64,000 nt of DNA, from the NCBI RefSeq assembly GCF_008831285.2, contig NC_045138.2:39928001-39992000 (forward strand), in the 5' to 3' direction. Shown piece by piece: positions 50,685 through 64,000 of this stretch (positions are counted from its first letter, which is position 1; each line of letters starts with the position of its first letter). Below the pieces are notes generated by a model, which saw nothing but the letters and a program-made list of their open reading frames with translations, ran no database searches and was not told the DNA's origin. This stretch comes from Nymphaea colorata. Its lineage: Eukaryota. Made by a program: the position numbers and the translations under genes.

Positions 50685-53600
50685 TGCACGCGCACTAAAA
50701 TTACCTTGTTCTCCAAATTGGCACTTTTCGTCATTAATGTCTGTAAACGGTGGATCTAAGTGGAGTTTCATCTAAATTTCCCTTTGTTTTGAAGTTTATT
50801 CATACGTTGACTTTATCATGTGTCACCTTTTCAAAGAATGATTACAGCAGTATTCATATATATATACATATATGTATATATATATATATGTGTGTGCGCG
50901 CTATATGTCGAGAGAAGCGCTCATGATGGAGAGTAGCAACCTAAGTAAAGTCCCTTAATGCTTATTTTTTAGTCTCGTAGTGGTTCAAGCTGACTGACGC
51001 CCATTGGATTTATTTGTTAATTCAAATTAATGTAGAATTTAGCATACTAATATTCAAACTGCGTCCGAACAAGATCTTATGGCATTCTGTTGGATCTAAT
51101 CTAGACCGTAGCGTGTGTGTGTATTCTAGCTTGTAACACCCCAAACGTTTAAATCTTATATCTAAAATGTGAATAATTTTGGTGGGTTACAAAAATTATT
51201 GTTAAGTGATTAGTTATTTTGATTCCTTTTTTTTTTTTTGAATTGAAACCAAAACTAAAAGTAGGTCGAGATCTACCAGACTAAAAGCCCATTAATTTTG
51301 TGGTTCATAGGATCAAGTTTTTTTTTGTGGTAACATGCAAATATTTGAGCATATTTAGAATAGAGGAAAGATTTTTACCCAGGAACAAGTTCCTCCAAGT
51401 TTTGTTATCGAGTAAATTTTTTTCCACAAGAACGTTTCTCTGCCATCCCAATCAAGTGTGATGATTTCATCGTCTAAAGTTCTTTTCACCATAGCGCGTA
51501 TCTTTTTCATCTCATTTCACCTGGAAAGGATTCGCCCGGGGCGAAAATTTCAAGGTGAAATCTTCAACTGTGCAGTAAAAAGACAACTCGACGGGCAAAG
51601 TTATCAATCTTTACGAAGCTTTTCCTCCTTGTTTTGAAATTACGAACTCTTAATCGTTGGTGAAATTATGGAAGCAGTGGCTGCGCTGCAGCAGATCGGG
51701 AAGATCCTGGGGAAGAGGGACTGGGACTTCAATGTCGACCCATGCAGCGGTAAGTCGGGATGGACGACCCTCCGGCCTCAGAAGGGATTCGAGAATGAGG
51801 TCGGCTGCCTTTGCACCGATGCCGTCTGTCACGTAACCAGAATGTACGTGCAACTCTTTCTCACACACGTCACCCAAAAGTATTGCACTTTTTGCTTTCC
51901 TGTTCTTTTCTCTCTGGCAACACTTACAATACTGACTTCACAGGACATAGCATCGTTGGTTAGATAGTGATAGACCAGCACCTAGAACATTGTTTTGATT
52001 CACGTTGATGTTATTTTACTGGTGGATCATAAATAAAGTGATTGTGGCACTTTAAGTTTTGAATACACCGCAGGTCCTAGATGTTAATATATTTGATTTG
52101 AATCGAAAGAACGGTTTCAAAAAAAATTGAACATGAAAAAAATATATATATCCGCTTAAAAAATTGGCTTGAATTTGAATTTGAGAATTGACATATGATC
52201 ATATTCGAACTTGGATCGTGATACACATAAGTATCCAATCGGTTTTGGATATGGATTAAAATTGAATTTATTTTAAATAAATATGTTATATTCAATGCCA
52301 AATTCAGTCAAAATTCAGATTTGGATATGAATGTAAAATTCAAATTCATGCGAAATTGGACTTCAGATTCATATTGAGATATGACTTTTTTTTTTGTATT
52401 CAAATTCAATTAAATATCTAAAAAAACACATATGGTTAATATGGTTAAGGGTATATCTGATTCAAATTAGATCCATACTTAGAGGCAAAAGGAATTTAGG
52501 ATGTTGAGGGGGAAGGGTGATGTTTAGACTATTTTTATTTTTCTAAGGATGTGGGTTGTAGACATTGTGCTCACCTGAGTAACATATGCAATACAGATTC
52601 CTGAAAACTCAAGGCCTAACTGGGACGCTACCGAAAGATCTATCGGGACTTCCATTTCTTGAACAATTGTAACGTATCCCATTACCATCTGATCCTTCCA
52701 ATCTTTGGTGCATTTATGATTCACAAGAACTTCAATTATTCAGTTGCCAAATTCATTGTTCTGCTCTAAATATTAGGGATCTTACTCGGAACTACCTCTC
52801 TGGACCAATACCACCAGAATGGGGCTCACTCCGGCTCGTTAACGTGTAAGTGAATCTTGAGCAACCACGCACCGTCATTTCTTAATCTTTGTCGAACAGT
52901 TTTTCACTTTAGTTAGAAATTTGTTTTCAAAATTTAACACCTAAAATTTATTGACATTACTATATACATGTATATAATCCTCCTCATTTTGTTTTCCTGA
53001 ATCACTATAGGTCACTCATGTCCAACCGCCTCTCAGGGCCCATCCCAGAAGAACTTGGAAACATGATCTCTCTAAAGAATATGTAAGATTGAAATTTTAC
53101 TCCCAATGCCTGTAGTTGTGCTTGTATCATATGTATTCATTGCTGCTTCTGACTTTGTCCAAGTGGAACAGAACGATTGAAAACAACCAGTTCTGCGGAG
53201 AACTTCCACCACATATTGGAAATTTGACAAATTTAGTCAGATTGTAAGTTTACTATCCTGTAGCCTGTTTACTTATACTTGGTCTGTTTGTGGTATAAGA
53301 TTACTAATGTTCCTGGTATTTGATCTGAACATAGGGTCATCTCCTCGAACAACTTTACAGGACCGCTACCAGCAACATTGGCAAGGCTCACAAACATGAC
53401 CGATTTGTAAGAACTCTCTTTATTTTTCAATCCTATTACTTCTGACGAAGACAGACCTGAGCCAAGTGCCGGAACCGATGCAGTATCACCGACCATTTGG
53501 TCAAGAACACCGTTTCAAAATATGATTTTCATAAGACACTGCATTGTGGGGCATTGACAGATTCCACTGTAAAATATTCTCATGAAATCCACCATGCCCT

Positions 53601-56600
53601 TTTCAATTTCTCCCTTTTAGAAGTCATACTAAAAAGCCAAGCGTGGATATTCATCAGCAGCAGAGCGGATTATCTTTCAATTTAGTTAGTCCTACGCGTG
53701 TATACCTGCCTGCAGAAGAATCATATATGGCTTCAACTGTATATATAAAGCTAACTAAATCTATTTCATTCGTCATGCAGTAGGATATGTAAAACTAACT
53801 AAATCTCTTTCATCTGTCATGCAGTAGGATAAGTGACAATAGTTTTTCTGGAAAGCTGCCTAATTATATTGGGAACTGGACTCAACTGAATAAATTGTAA
53901 GTGTTGCTGCTATCTTATTTCATGGTGAGTTATATGTCCTCTTTAGAATGTGACGTTGATTTTTGTTTTTTGTCATATAAGAGTGATCCAAGGAACTGAT
54001 CTCGAGGGCCCTATTCCTCCCCTTGGTTCACTGAAGGGCCTTACATTCTTGTAAGTATTTTCCTTCTCTTTTTTAAAATCCAAAAGACTGAATTTGAGTT
54101 TGACATCACTATGAGTATGATTATGTGCTCCATCTGAATGCAGGATGATAAGTGATATAAAAGGAGCAGGTTCCAACTTCCCTAAGTTGAGCCAAATGAG
54201 TTTGGTCAGACTGTAAGTAACCATCTCTTTTCTTTTGTCATGTGTAAGCATGATGCTGTCGAGGGAAGGTGTATGTAAAGCTTGGGAGTTCCTTATCCAA
54301 ATAACTGATTAGTGTTGTCTTTTTCTTTAGGATACTAAGAAATTCAAATATCTCTGGCGAAATCCCAGATTACCTTGGTAATATGGGAAATCTGGCAATC
54401 ATGTAAGTTGTATACCATCATTCAATAACATCAAAGGAAACAAATGTTAAGGATTATGATCGTCGGTATTAGCAAAGATTAGCTCATACATGGTTACAAC
54501 ACTTTTTTGGCAGAGATCTAAGCTTTAATCACCTGTCTGGTGCTATTCCAAATTCAATAAGAAACCTCAGATCCTTACGTAACTTGTGAGTATGATTGTG
54601 AAGTTCATTATAATAAAGTTTGCATAAAGTTCAATAGGCCGTCATGTATATACATGTCAAACTGTGAACACTACATTCTGTTTTGTAGGTTCTTAACAAG
54701 TAATCATCTGTCTGGCCCTGTCCCTGAATGGATCTTGAAGGCGCAGATATCCACGTATGTTGCTCTTGGTCTTCATACTTTCAGTCTTATTTTGGGAATG
54801 TTTTTTTCACCTACTTTTTTCTCTTTTCTCCTCGTTTTCTTCTCAAACCGTGATTTATCTTAAGATTGGTGGATCTTAATGGGAACAAAATCTGTTCTAA
54901 AATTATATCGGCTGATTGACTCAAGTACTGGAACTCATCTTCCTTCTTTGGCCTTTTTCTCCAATGAAATAACACGTTGAAGCTGCCCCTGCAGGATTAG
55001 ATCAACAAGCTAAATGTCCCTCAAATTATTGCACTTATTATCTCTAAAATTTGACTCCACTAATCCATTTTGACATATAAAGTTATTGGCCTTTGAACAG
55101 AGATTTGTCGGTCAACAATTTTACATCAACAGCTTCTGGAGGGCCATCTCTCTGCCAACAGCCAACTGTGTAAGGACTTTTCTCTTTCTTTTTGGAAATG
55201 AGGGTGGTCTGGTCCTGCTAGAACACTTATTCGAATATATTTCTCTATTGATTGCCGTGCTTTCAACTTTTAGTAACTTGGTTGAAAGCTATTCACCAGC
55301 AACCGAGAACAGGTACGCTCTTCCAGCTACTCTGACATTGCATGTTGAGATTTTTTACAAGCTATTCGGTTGTCAATCGCATTGATGTACATGCAAAAGT
55401 TACCTAATAGATTCTTTACTTCTCTTAAAACTGAAATTCACGCAGAAATGCAATATGTCCTTACTGGATTAATAACTTCACTTGCACTGGAAAAAGAAAA
55501 TGTAAGAAATATTTGGTATTTTTTCCTTTTTCATAAGTTTCTAGCATGAATAGCTTTATGAAGCTTAATTAACATATTACGTCGTTTTGATGTATTAACT
55601 GCAGATTCATCGTTTCATATAGACTGTGGAAGTAAGTCTTCCACCTCCTTTGAAGGCACAGCCTTTGAAAAAGATGGAGGAGTAGTTGGAGCTGCAACAT
55701 TCTTTGTGAGTCAGAGTGAAGCATGGGCAATGAGCAGCACGGGTGCATACTTGGATAATGCTGATGTATCTGATGATTACACAGCTACCAACTCTTCGAT
55801 TCTTTCTATTCCTGATGCAGAAGTCTATACCACAGCACGCCATTCTCCGCTCTCCTTCAAATACTACGGACTCTGTCTCTGGGATGGACCTTATACAGTA
55901 ACACTCTATTTTGCAGAAATAATGTTTACGGATGACAAAAATTTTAGCAGCCTTGGCAAGCGTGTTTTTGACGTATATATACAGGTGAATTTTCACAAGC
56001 ATGGAAGGAGCTTGCAAAAACTTTTTTCTGCTTACTCTAAAAATTTGTAAAACGCAGGATAAACTGGTGCTTAAGGATTTCAACATAGAAGATGCTGCTA
56101 ATGGATCTGGCAAGGCTGTTACTAAGAAATTCTCTGCCAGTGTGACAAATGGTGTTCTAAGGATCCATTTCTTTTGGGCTGGGAGAGGCACCACTGTGGT
56201 ACCACTGAGAGGAGACTATGGTCCTTTAGTGTCCGCCATTTCAGTTGATGCTGGTAGGACTCTTTTCCTCTTCTTGCCTTTAAGATATAAATGCACCTCA
56301 TACATGCAGATCAACTGGAGTTGTTAGGTTAAGAGAAACCAAGGGCAATTGCTGACAGCAGCTGTCATTTGGTTGCATAGTTGCAACGGGAAATGAACAT
56401 TAGATCATTAAGGCAGACATGGAAGAGAAATAACTTGGTTAAAATGAGAATCGGAAACTTAACTATCATGATAAACTCGGTTTAACTTTTTTACAATTCA
56501 TTTAGGTGTATGTTTGATTACTTTATATTTAAAATCCATGGACTGATCTAGTGTGGCGACAAAAGATTCATAAAATCCATTGTTGATCGAACTAAGAATT

Positions 56601-59308
56601 TTAGATCTACACTCAAATCCTCATTTTACCTTCTTAAAGGTCTGATTTAAAATCAGATGGGAAAGGGTCCGATCTTAAATCCACGGTTTTTAAATCCTAA
56701 AGTTTTTAGATTAGGATGGACGCTTTCATAGTGTAAATGTTCAATAAAAGGCAAGCATTACATTCCTATAGGATTAAACATGTGCAGACGTCTCTCTCTA
56801 TCTCTCTCTCTGAATTTGCACTTCCTAGAGCTAGAGTAGTGCCTGCTTACATGTTCAATTACTAATCAGTTTCTTCTTTCTGGACATGCCTGATGGTGAA
56901 GACTTCGAACCTCCAAAGACCATTGAGAAAAATACCACCAAAATTATTGTGATTGTCGTTGCGTCGATTGGAGTGCTGTTGTTCCTAATTCTGGGAAGCC
57001 TCTACGTCTTCCCAGGACTCAAAGGAGGTAAGAGTAGATCAGGATCAGTGGAATACTTTTTAACAGTAGTGATTCCATGGATACTTTCTAAATGTTTCTT
57101 CCGAGTGTAGCTTTTGCAGAACGTCATAGAAGTAGTACTTTCACCTTACTCCAAATAAAGGCTGCTACAAGGAACTTTCATTCTTCCAACAAAATCGGAC
57201 AGGGAGGTTTTGGGCCAGTCTACAAGGTATGACTTCAAAACAAGTGCATGGCAACCTCATCAAAGGGATATCATATCAGGTTTTTCGAAATTAAGCGTTT
57301 TGTCAGCGATGGCCCGTTTGGCCCTGGCCTATTGAGAATGCAATACATAGTTATCATGGCCCAATTTCCCATGTCATTCAAAACATACTGATGATGGACA
57401 ATCATATTTGATTCTTGGAGCTTGTGATTCCGTTTCTCATGAGAGTTGTTCTTTCTGAAGCAAATGTCACGCTAATTTGAACAAGCGTATTTAATTTTTA
57501 GAGCTTTTCATGATTATGACTTGAAAGTTTTGCTTATTGGAGTTGCTACAGTGTTCTTTTAAAACATGACTATTAAATGCTAACTGAACTGAGTGCAGCT
57601 TAAAACAGTGAAGAAAGTTGCAAACTGAACAAGAACAATTATATTCTTTCAAAATCCTCATTGACTTAACGTGTGAAGTGGCAGTGCAAAATTTCTTCTG
57701 TATCAATGCAGGGACAGCTATCAGATGGGACCATTGTTGCAATAAAGCAACTGTCATCCAAATCGCAGCAAGGAAACCGTGAATTTATCACTGAGATGGG
57801 CATGATTTCAGCATTGCAGCACCCAAATCTCGTAAAGCTTCATGGTTGTTGCATTGAAGGCAATGAACTCTTACTAGTCTACGAGTACATGGAAAACAAT
57901 TCCCTTGCTCATGCTTTGTTTGGTATGCTTGAAGATCGCAGTTCTTCTTACTTCCGCTTACTCGTTTTCCTTCTTGATTTAATTAATTTGTTTATGGGTG
58001 TGCATTCTTTTGCAAAATTGAAGTTGAAAATGGGCTAAAACTAAACTGGCCCACACGCCGTAAAATATGCATTGGAATTGCTAAAGGTCTGGCATATCTC
58101 CATGAGGAATCTAGACTGAAGATAGTTCACAGAGACATAAAAGCTTCAAATATTCTGCTCGACAGGGATCTCAATGCCAAAATATCTGACTTTGGCCTGG
58201 CCAAAATTGATGGAGATGAGAATGCCCAGAACAGCACCCGAATAGTTGGAACTCAGTAAGTTGCTAATGTTCCCCATTTGTTTCAATACATTCAAAAGTC
58301 AATCCTTCTGATGTTCTGTGTGTATGTGTGCGTGTGGGTGGGTGTGTGTGAGAGAGAAAGAGAGTTATTTATCAATAATCTGGACGATTACAACCAATGA
58401 ACGTTACGTTGCACTTGGTTCTTTTGACGTTGTGTGGATCATAGTCTCACCATTGATTCATGGGGAAAAGAGATGAGCTACCATGTGGCTTTTTAATGCA
58501 ATAATGTAATGGATGAAGAAGACACTTCGTGTGCTTCCGAAACCTATATTGCCTAAGGGTCGTTCGTCTCTCCCCAATAAGGAAGGCCCCTGTCGAATAC
58601 ATGTCCCTAGGAGAAGAGGAGGAAAGGCTTCTATATTAGACGTAGAGTTCTCAACTTCCATTTGAATTATGAATCATACTTCACCCTGCATTGAAGCAAC
58701 TGTCCTTGTAAATTTACCCAAAAATGAAAACAAGAAAAACACAGTATAACAAAAAGTGCCTTTAAGATTCCTAGTGTTTTCTCCTGCTGACAGGGTTTCC
58801 CCATATTCATACTCCATAGTGCTGCTCATCCTATCTTTGTAGGGGTTACGTGGCACCCGAATATGTCTTGTATGGTGAACTGACATGCAAAGCAGATGTT
58901 TATAGTTTTGGTGTTGTTGCTCTTGAAATAGTTAGTGGAAAAAGCAATACAAGTAGGCACTCTGAAGAATACATGCACCTGCTGGAATTGGTACGCTACA
59001 TCACTCTATTCAAATTTCCAATTCCATTAACTGTACCTTCTCTACCAATAATGACACCTGTCCTTTGACAGACATACCACCTTAAAGAAACAGGAGATCT
59101 TCTGAAGCTTGTGGACCCAGAGTTAGGTGCAAACTTCTCTAAGGAGGAGGCCTTGGTTATCCTTAATGTGGCCTTATTGTGCACCAATGCTTCGCCTTCC
59201 CTTCGGCCCAGTATGTCATTGGTGGTGGACATGATTGAGGGTAAAATTCTCATTGATCCTCAATCTGTGTGTTCTAGTGAAAAGGTGGATAGCACCATTA
59301 TCCACTAG
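49966..59308 (+). CDS. LRR-malectin receptor-like kinase, copy 3, 24 exons. Kinase complete but C-terminal tail truncated by a frameshift (ancestral stop at 59559-59561)
   Basis: [34 protein letters not shown]; same exon structure as copy 2; HRDIKASN...[39 protein letters not shown] here versus ATC CAC TTT AGC in copy 2. Confidence 0.9.
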
Positions 59309-62022
59309 TCAACCTCAGCACAGCTGGACGCTGGACAACAGCCAAGAGGGACCGTGGTCTACTGCATCATCAATTTCAATGGCGAGCAAGGAAGCCACAA
59401 AAGATGAACAGAGTGTAACAGAAATCTCTGACATGTATCCAAAGGACGCCAAGCTAGCTGACCCTGGCAATCATCCCAATTATGTGATGACCCAAACTTG
59501 CAAGAGATCATCCCCATGTGGCCCATGTTTTTCCGGTTGTAAGGCGCAACAATCTCCATGAACCAATAAAGAATCTGTACTTGGGAATGTTCTTACGGTG
59601 CATATACACTTGTGATTTATACAGCTGGGCTTTAGATCTTGACGGAAGATTCTATGCCATAGACTATGACTGCCATGTTTGGGTGGAATCTGGGTTCGAC
59701 ATACAAGTAAGCCGATAATTCTAACCTCTATGAACATCAGTCTGAATGCCCTTGCTACACTTCATTTTTGTTCCACAATTATTGAAGGTATTTATGTCCG
59801 TTTCAATGTCTTTTTATGCAAAATTGTGTGGATCCACAAAGTTGACTCAGCCTTCTGTGTCCTTTTTTATTTTGGGAACTGTATTAACATTTGAAACTTC
59901 ATCATACAAAATATAGCCCGATTCATGGTGTTATTGAATTTCATTAGTATATCAGGATGCACCAATTTGGTCAGACTTCAATGAAGTACTCGTACAACGA
60001 CGAGGGATTTAAAGGTTGAGAACAAGCATTCATATTTATGTACGATCATATCTGTAACTTATAAAAAGGTGATCAGCCGAATTAGTGTTTGTACAGTTTC
60101 CACGCTTTATGTCTTTGACCTTCCAAGTATCTCTAATATCTTTAGCACAACAGGATATCTCAACTTCTATGTTATTCTTTGTTGCCACCAACTGGGAAAA
60201 TGATTATTTTGTTTAAAATCATCGAAAGAAACTTATGGTACTTACTGACAAACCTTCAGCAACGTCAACTTCTCTAGGTCTCCAGCCTTCCTAAGTTTCT
60301 CCAGTAATTTTTCACAAGCTCTGTTCTATGAATCAAATGTTTTTGCACATATACATTCATTAGTTTGAATTTTATGAAATGCTACACGATATATGTTCCA
60401 GGAGGGAATATGCTAAAAAATCGACAGAACCCCAGTCAAACTTATGGTTGACCACCTGCTTCTTTCAAAACCTCCAAAGAGGCATACCAATTTCTCAAGT
60501 TAAGTTCTAGATCTAAAACAGAACCCTTCAGATGCTAGACAAACTAAAAGTAAATCAAGATGAACTAAATAGCTTTCTGCAGTACCTTTTCATGCGTTTA
60601 TATCCCCCTGCTCAAACATCACCCTCCTTGTCTGCCTCACCCGCTCCTTTCACCAGCTACGCTTGCAATAACCAAATCATTTCCTTATCAGATCAATACG
60701 ACAAAAACTAAAGATCTCCCTTGCATAATAACCCAAGAAAGAACGACAAGACAGGAAAACAAAGAGAAAATAAAAGAATAGACGTCTAAGTCGCCTTACC
60801 ACTTTCCCTACCTTTCTTACCCGCACCGAATGCGCTTTCCCAGTCATCTTCCTCCGCACTCCAGTACTTCCTCCTACTCGGTCTTCTTTAGCGCCTACTC
60901 GAACATCGTCTCCCAATCGACAATCCCCTTCGCCCTGTGTCGTTCATCGCAGCGTTGATGGCGCTTGCTTTGTAACCAGCTCTGACGAGCAAAGGATGAC
61001 GACGAAGGAGAACAAGATGAATGAACTGGACAGTCATTCTTCCATAACGATTCAATAATCGCCCTAACTTCTTCTTCATCTTCTCCTCCTTCCTCCTTCA
61101 ATCCGACAAGAATCAGGAGAAATGCTCTCTGTCTGGATCACTATTACCCCTTGGAACAGAGATCCCCAACATGAAAACGCACTCTAAAACTCTTTTGCCC
61201 CTTTTGCCTTTTCTCATTCTTCAGCTAAAAGAACCCAAAGCCACCTTTTTGCTGCGAGAGAGGGAGGGCGCGAAAACGTGAACGGCGGTCCTCTTTGCTG
61301 AAGGGAAAATTTCACTTTCGGTCCAATTTTTTTCCGTAATATCTACATAATGGTTTATTATTTTAAAAAAGCCATTTTGTGTCCTGTCGAAACCAATACC
61401 AGCCAGCAAGTGCCATTCTAAACAGTCTGACACAGCTGGTCAGACCAACTGCTGGTTTGATTTTGATTTTAAATAACGATTTCCTTCAAACAATTAATTT
61501 CGGATTTTTACTTGATGGTTTCATTAATCCTTTCCATATGCAAATTTTTAATATTGAACAAGAAAAAAAGGTTTGTTCTTATTTATTCTTTTGTTCAAAA
61601 AGCAGCAATTTCTGAAACTACATGCTCATTTTTAATTAAAAAAAAAAAAACATAAATACCGCAGAGCAGGTTACGTGTTATACCGCACCACTTAAGATTT
61701 TTGAACAAATACAGTTGCTTGTTATAAAATTATCATAAATTAATCCCCCAATGAGTAAATCGTTTAAGTACGGAAAAGAGAAAAAAAAAATCTGGCGATG
61801 GTTTTCTTTGTTGACGAAAAAGCCCCGAAGAATTGAATGATATGACGCCATGAAGGGAATGCTACCCCTCAGTGAACGAGATGGATGGCGAACATGCATT
61901 TTAGTAAAGGCCTAAGGGTATTATCGTAATTGAATTCGTTTCAAAGAACTTGGGCGGAGCTCCTTGGTTCCCCTCCGAACCCAATCGCTCGTTCCGCCAG
62001 GGAAGTGACGGGAGTGACCGCC

Positions 62023-64000
62023 ATGAGCAGAGGATGGAGTGTGCGGGGTTACGGCCTTCGGCTGCAAACCTTACTCTCCTTCTCCCCTTCCGTAACTTCC
62101 GGTCAGCTCCGAACTGTTCACCGTTGGAGCCATCGAAGAACGACGACGACTCTGAGCGTGGAGGCTAAGAAAGAGAGCGGCGACTCCAAGAGGAAGAAGA
62201 AGGAGAAGGTGTTGGTCATCTCCGGACCCACCGGGGCTGGCAAGTCGAGGCTTGCTCTCGATCTCGCCAGGCGACTCAATGGACAGATCATTAGTGCCGA
62301 CTCCGTTCAGGTTTCCCCGTCTATCACAATTCATGTCTCTTGCTTTCATTAATTTCATACGTTGACGGAGTTCATTCGTTAAGGTTTAGATTCCGAGTTT
62401 CTCTGCGAAAATATTGCGCACTATGAGTTGCTACTGTCAAGGTTTTCATTAATTTTTGCGGTTAGTGGAGTTCACCCGTACAGATTTTGGTTCAAGCTGC
62501 TGTTTCAATCATGCTACAGTAGGCCTTATTTTTACCAGTATTTTCAACACTTACTGGAGTGTAACTTATTTTATTTTAGAATCGAGTTGTCGTGATTTTG
62601 TTGATACGAGTGGCTCCTGCGACCGGAGTTCTATTTTTGGTGAATTTTTTGCTTGTTGCTTATGTTTTTCATTGTTTGATCGCTTAGTAGTGTCGACTCG
62701 TTTAATTGCAGAGCTTGTGCGTCCTCGGTCATTCTACAAGTGGACAATTTTTTATGAATTTTTTTGGCTAGTTTCGTATAATATTAACGATTAAGGTTTA
62801 GGTCTGAGACACGGTAGTTTTGTTTCTAGTTTCTACAAAGTCATTGTGCAAGGAGCTTTTCTTTATGAGATATCTTTATCGCGTGTTGAAGATCTCAAAA
62901 GTCAAATACTTTTTTTTTTCCAATGTTGCTTATCTATTACCATAGCAATGTATGCTTATACCTAATTTATTTTTTTGATTGCACCATATATTCCAGGTGT
63001 ACCGTGGGCTGGATATTGGATCTGCAAAGCCTTCAACTTCTGAAAGAGAGGTTTTCACTGTTGCATTTTTTGCTGCTCCTTAAAAAAAAGTTGATACTTA
63101 GAAATTTATAGATATGTTTATTCATGTCCTTTTCTGCCTGCCGTAGTGGCATTGTAGTAACTACATTACTCTGTATGATTTGGCTGAAATGACTTTTTGA
63201 ATGTTACATTTCATGATACAAAACATTGCAGTTAATGCAGCTAACACTGGAGGCTTGGAATAGGAATAAGACAAATATAATTGATTCGATGTTTTTGGAT
63301 TTTGAATATGGCCATGAAGTGGCATGGTATATTGGTGGCGGTGACATGCCATACGAACACCAGATCCACATGATATGAGTGTCCACACATCATAGTTTGG
63401 TTATCAGTGCTCTCTTTTAACTTTTAAGTTGTAAATGTTTTCCTCTATACATGCAAACAGCATAACAGAGGAATTTTTGATAAATTTATCTTGTATTGTA
63501 CGCAATCAAATTTTAACCACTGGAGCTTGATGGAGGTTATTTTATTCTTCTGAAGGTGATCCATATCAGCATTGTTGGATCTAATTGATGATGATGAATT
63601 CTTACAGCAGTCTAATATCACATGCTAAGATGGCAAGATGAAGGGAAAAGAAGGCAGAGGAAAAGGGAGGTGTAGAGGAAGTCGAATGCATTATATTAAG
63701 ACAATATCTTAATCTGGACTTCATGCCTGTCAACTCTGCTTAGTAATCACAAGCAACATAACAAATTCAGCTCATTGAATTTGAAGCATTTTTCAAATGA
63801 AGATAAAAAATTACTACACAAAAATGAAAGCTAAAGTATGATGGATTTCCTTGAATATCTTCTAATTTTACTGTTAATTTTGAAGATATTATTTCTTGTA
63901 GATTTTGATGATGATGTTGGTTGTGGCTTATTAGCCTGTATGTGTGTTTTTATTTGTTTGTTTATCGTTCTGTGGAAATGACTATGTATTGCAATGCAGG
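62023..64000 (+). CDS. IPT9: tRNA dimethylallyltransferase (IPT9/MiaA type), 5' part. Exons 62023-62310 and 62997-63050; next exon starts at ~64000
   Basis: Transit-peptide-like N-terminus, then [38 protein letters not shown] | [13 protein letters not shown] (P-loop and DSVQVY motif of tRNA-IPTs). Confidence 0.9.

Larger units (their letters stand above)
46030..60610 (+). repeat. Segmental tandem duplication unit containing RLK3 (paralogous to ~30850-44545)
   Basis: Collinear similarity to the RLK2 unit. Confidence 0.9.

Overview
Plant (angiosperm) nuclear genomic DNA with GT-AG introns, microsatellites and many hAT-type MITEs. In order it holds: a coatomer delta subunit gene (+, 1.1-7.1 kb); a PR-2-type GH17 beta-1,3-glucanase (-, 12.1-14.2 kb) with W-boxes upstream; an orphan exon resembling RBM39/CC1 splicing factors (18.5-18.7 kb); a tandem array of three 24-exon LRR-malectin receptor kinases of the LRR-VIII-2 type (+, 22.0-30.4, 33.1-43.5, 50.0-59.3 kb); and the 5' end of an IPT9-type tRNA dimethylallyltransferase (62.0 kb onward). 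The most unusual signal is in kinase copy 1, whose activation segment is 52 aa longer than in its paralogs. The extra sequence looks like diverged tandem copies of the activation loop itself, and the catalytic motifs remain intact. Copy 3 loses its C-terminal tail through a 2-nt frameshift. Copies 2 and 3 form a ~14-kb segmental duplication with mosaic similarity. All gene models were read by eye from splice signals and translation; no database searches were run.
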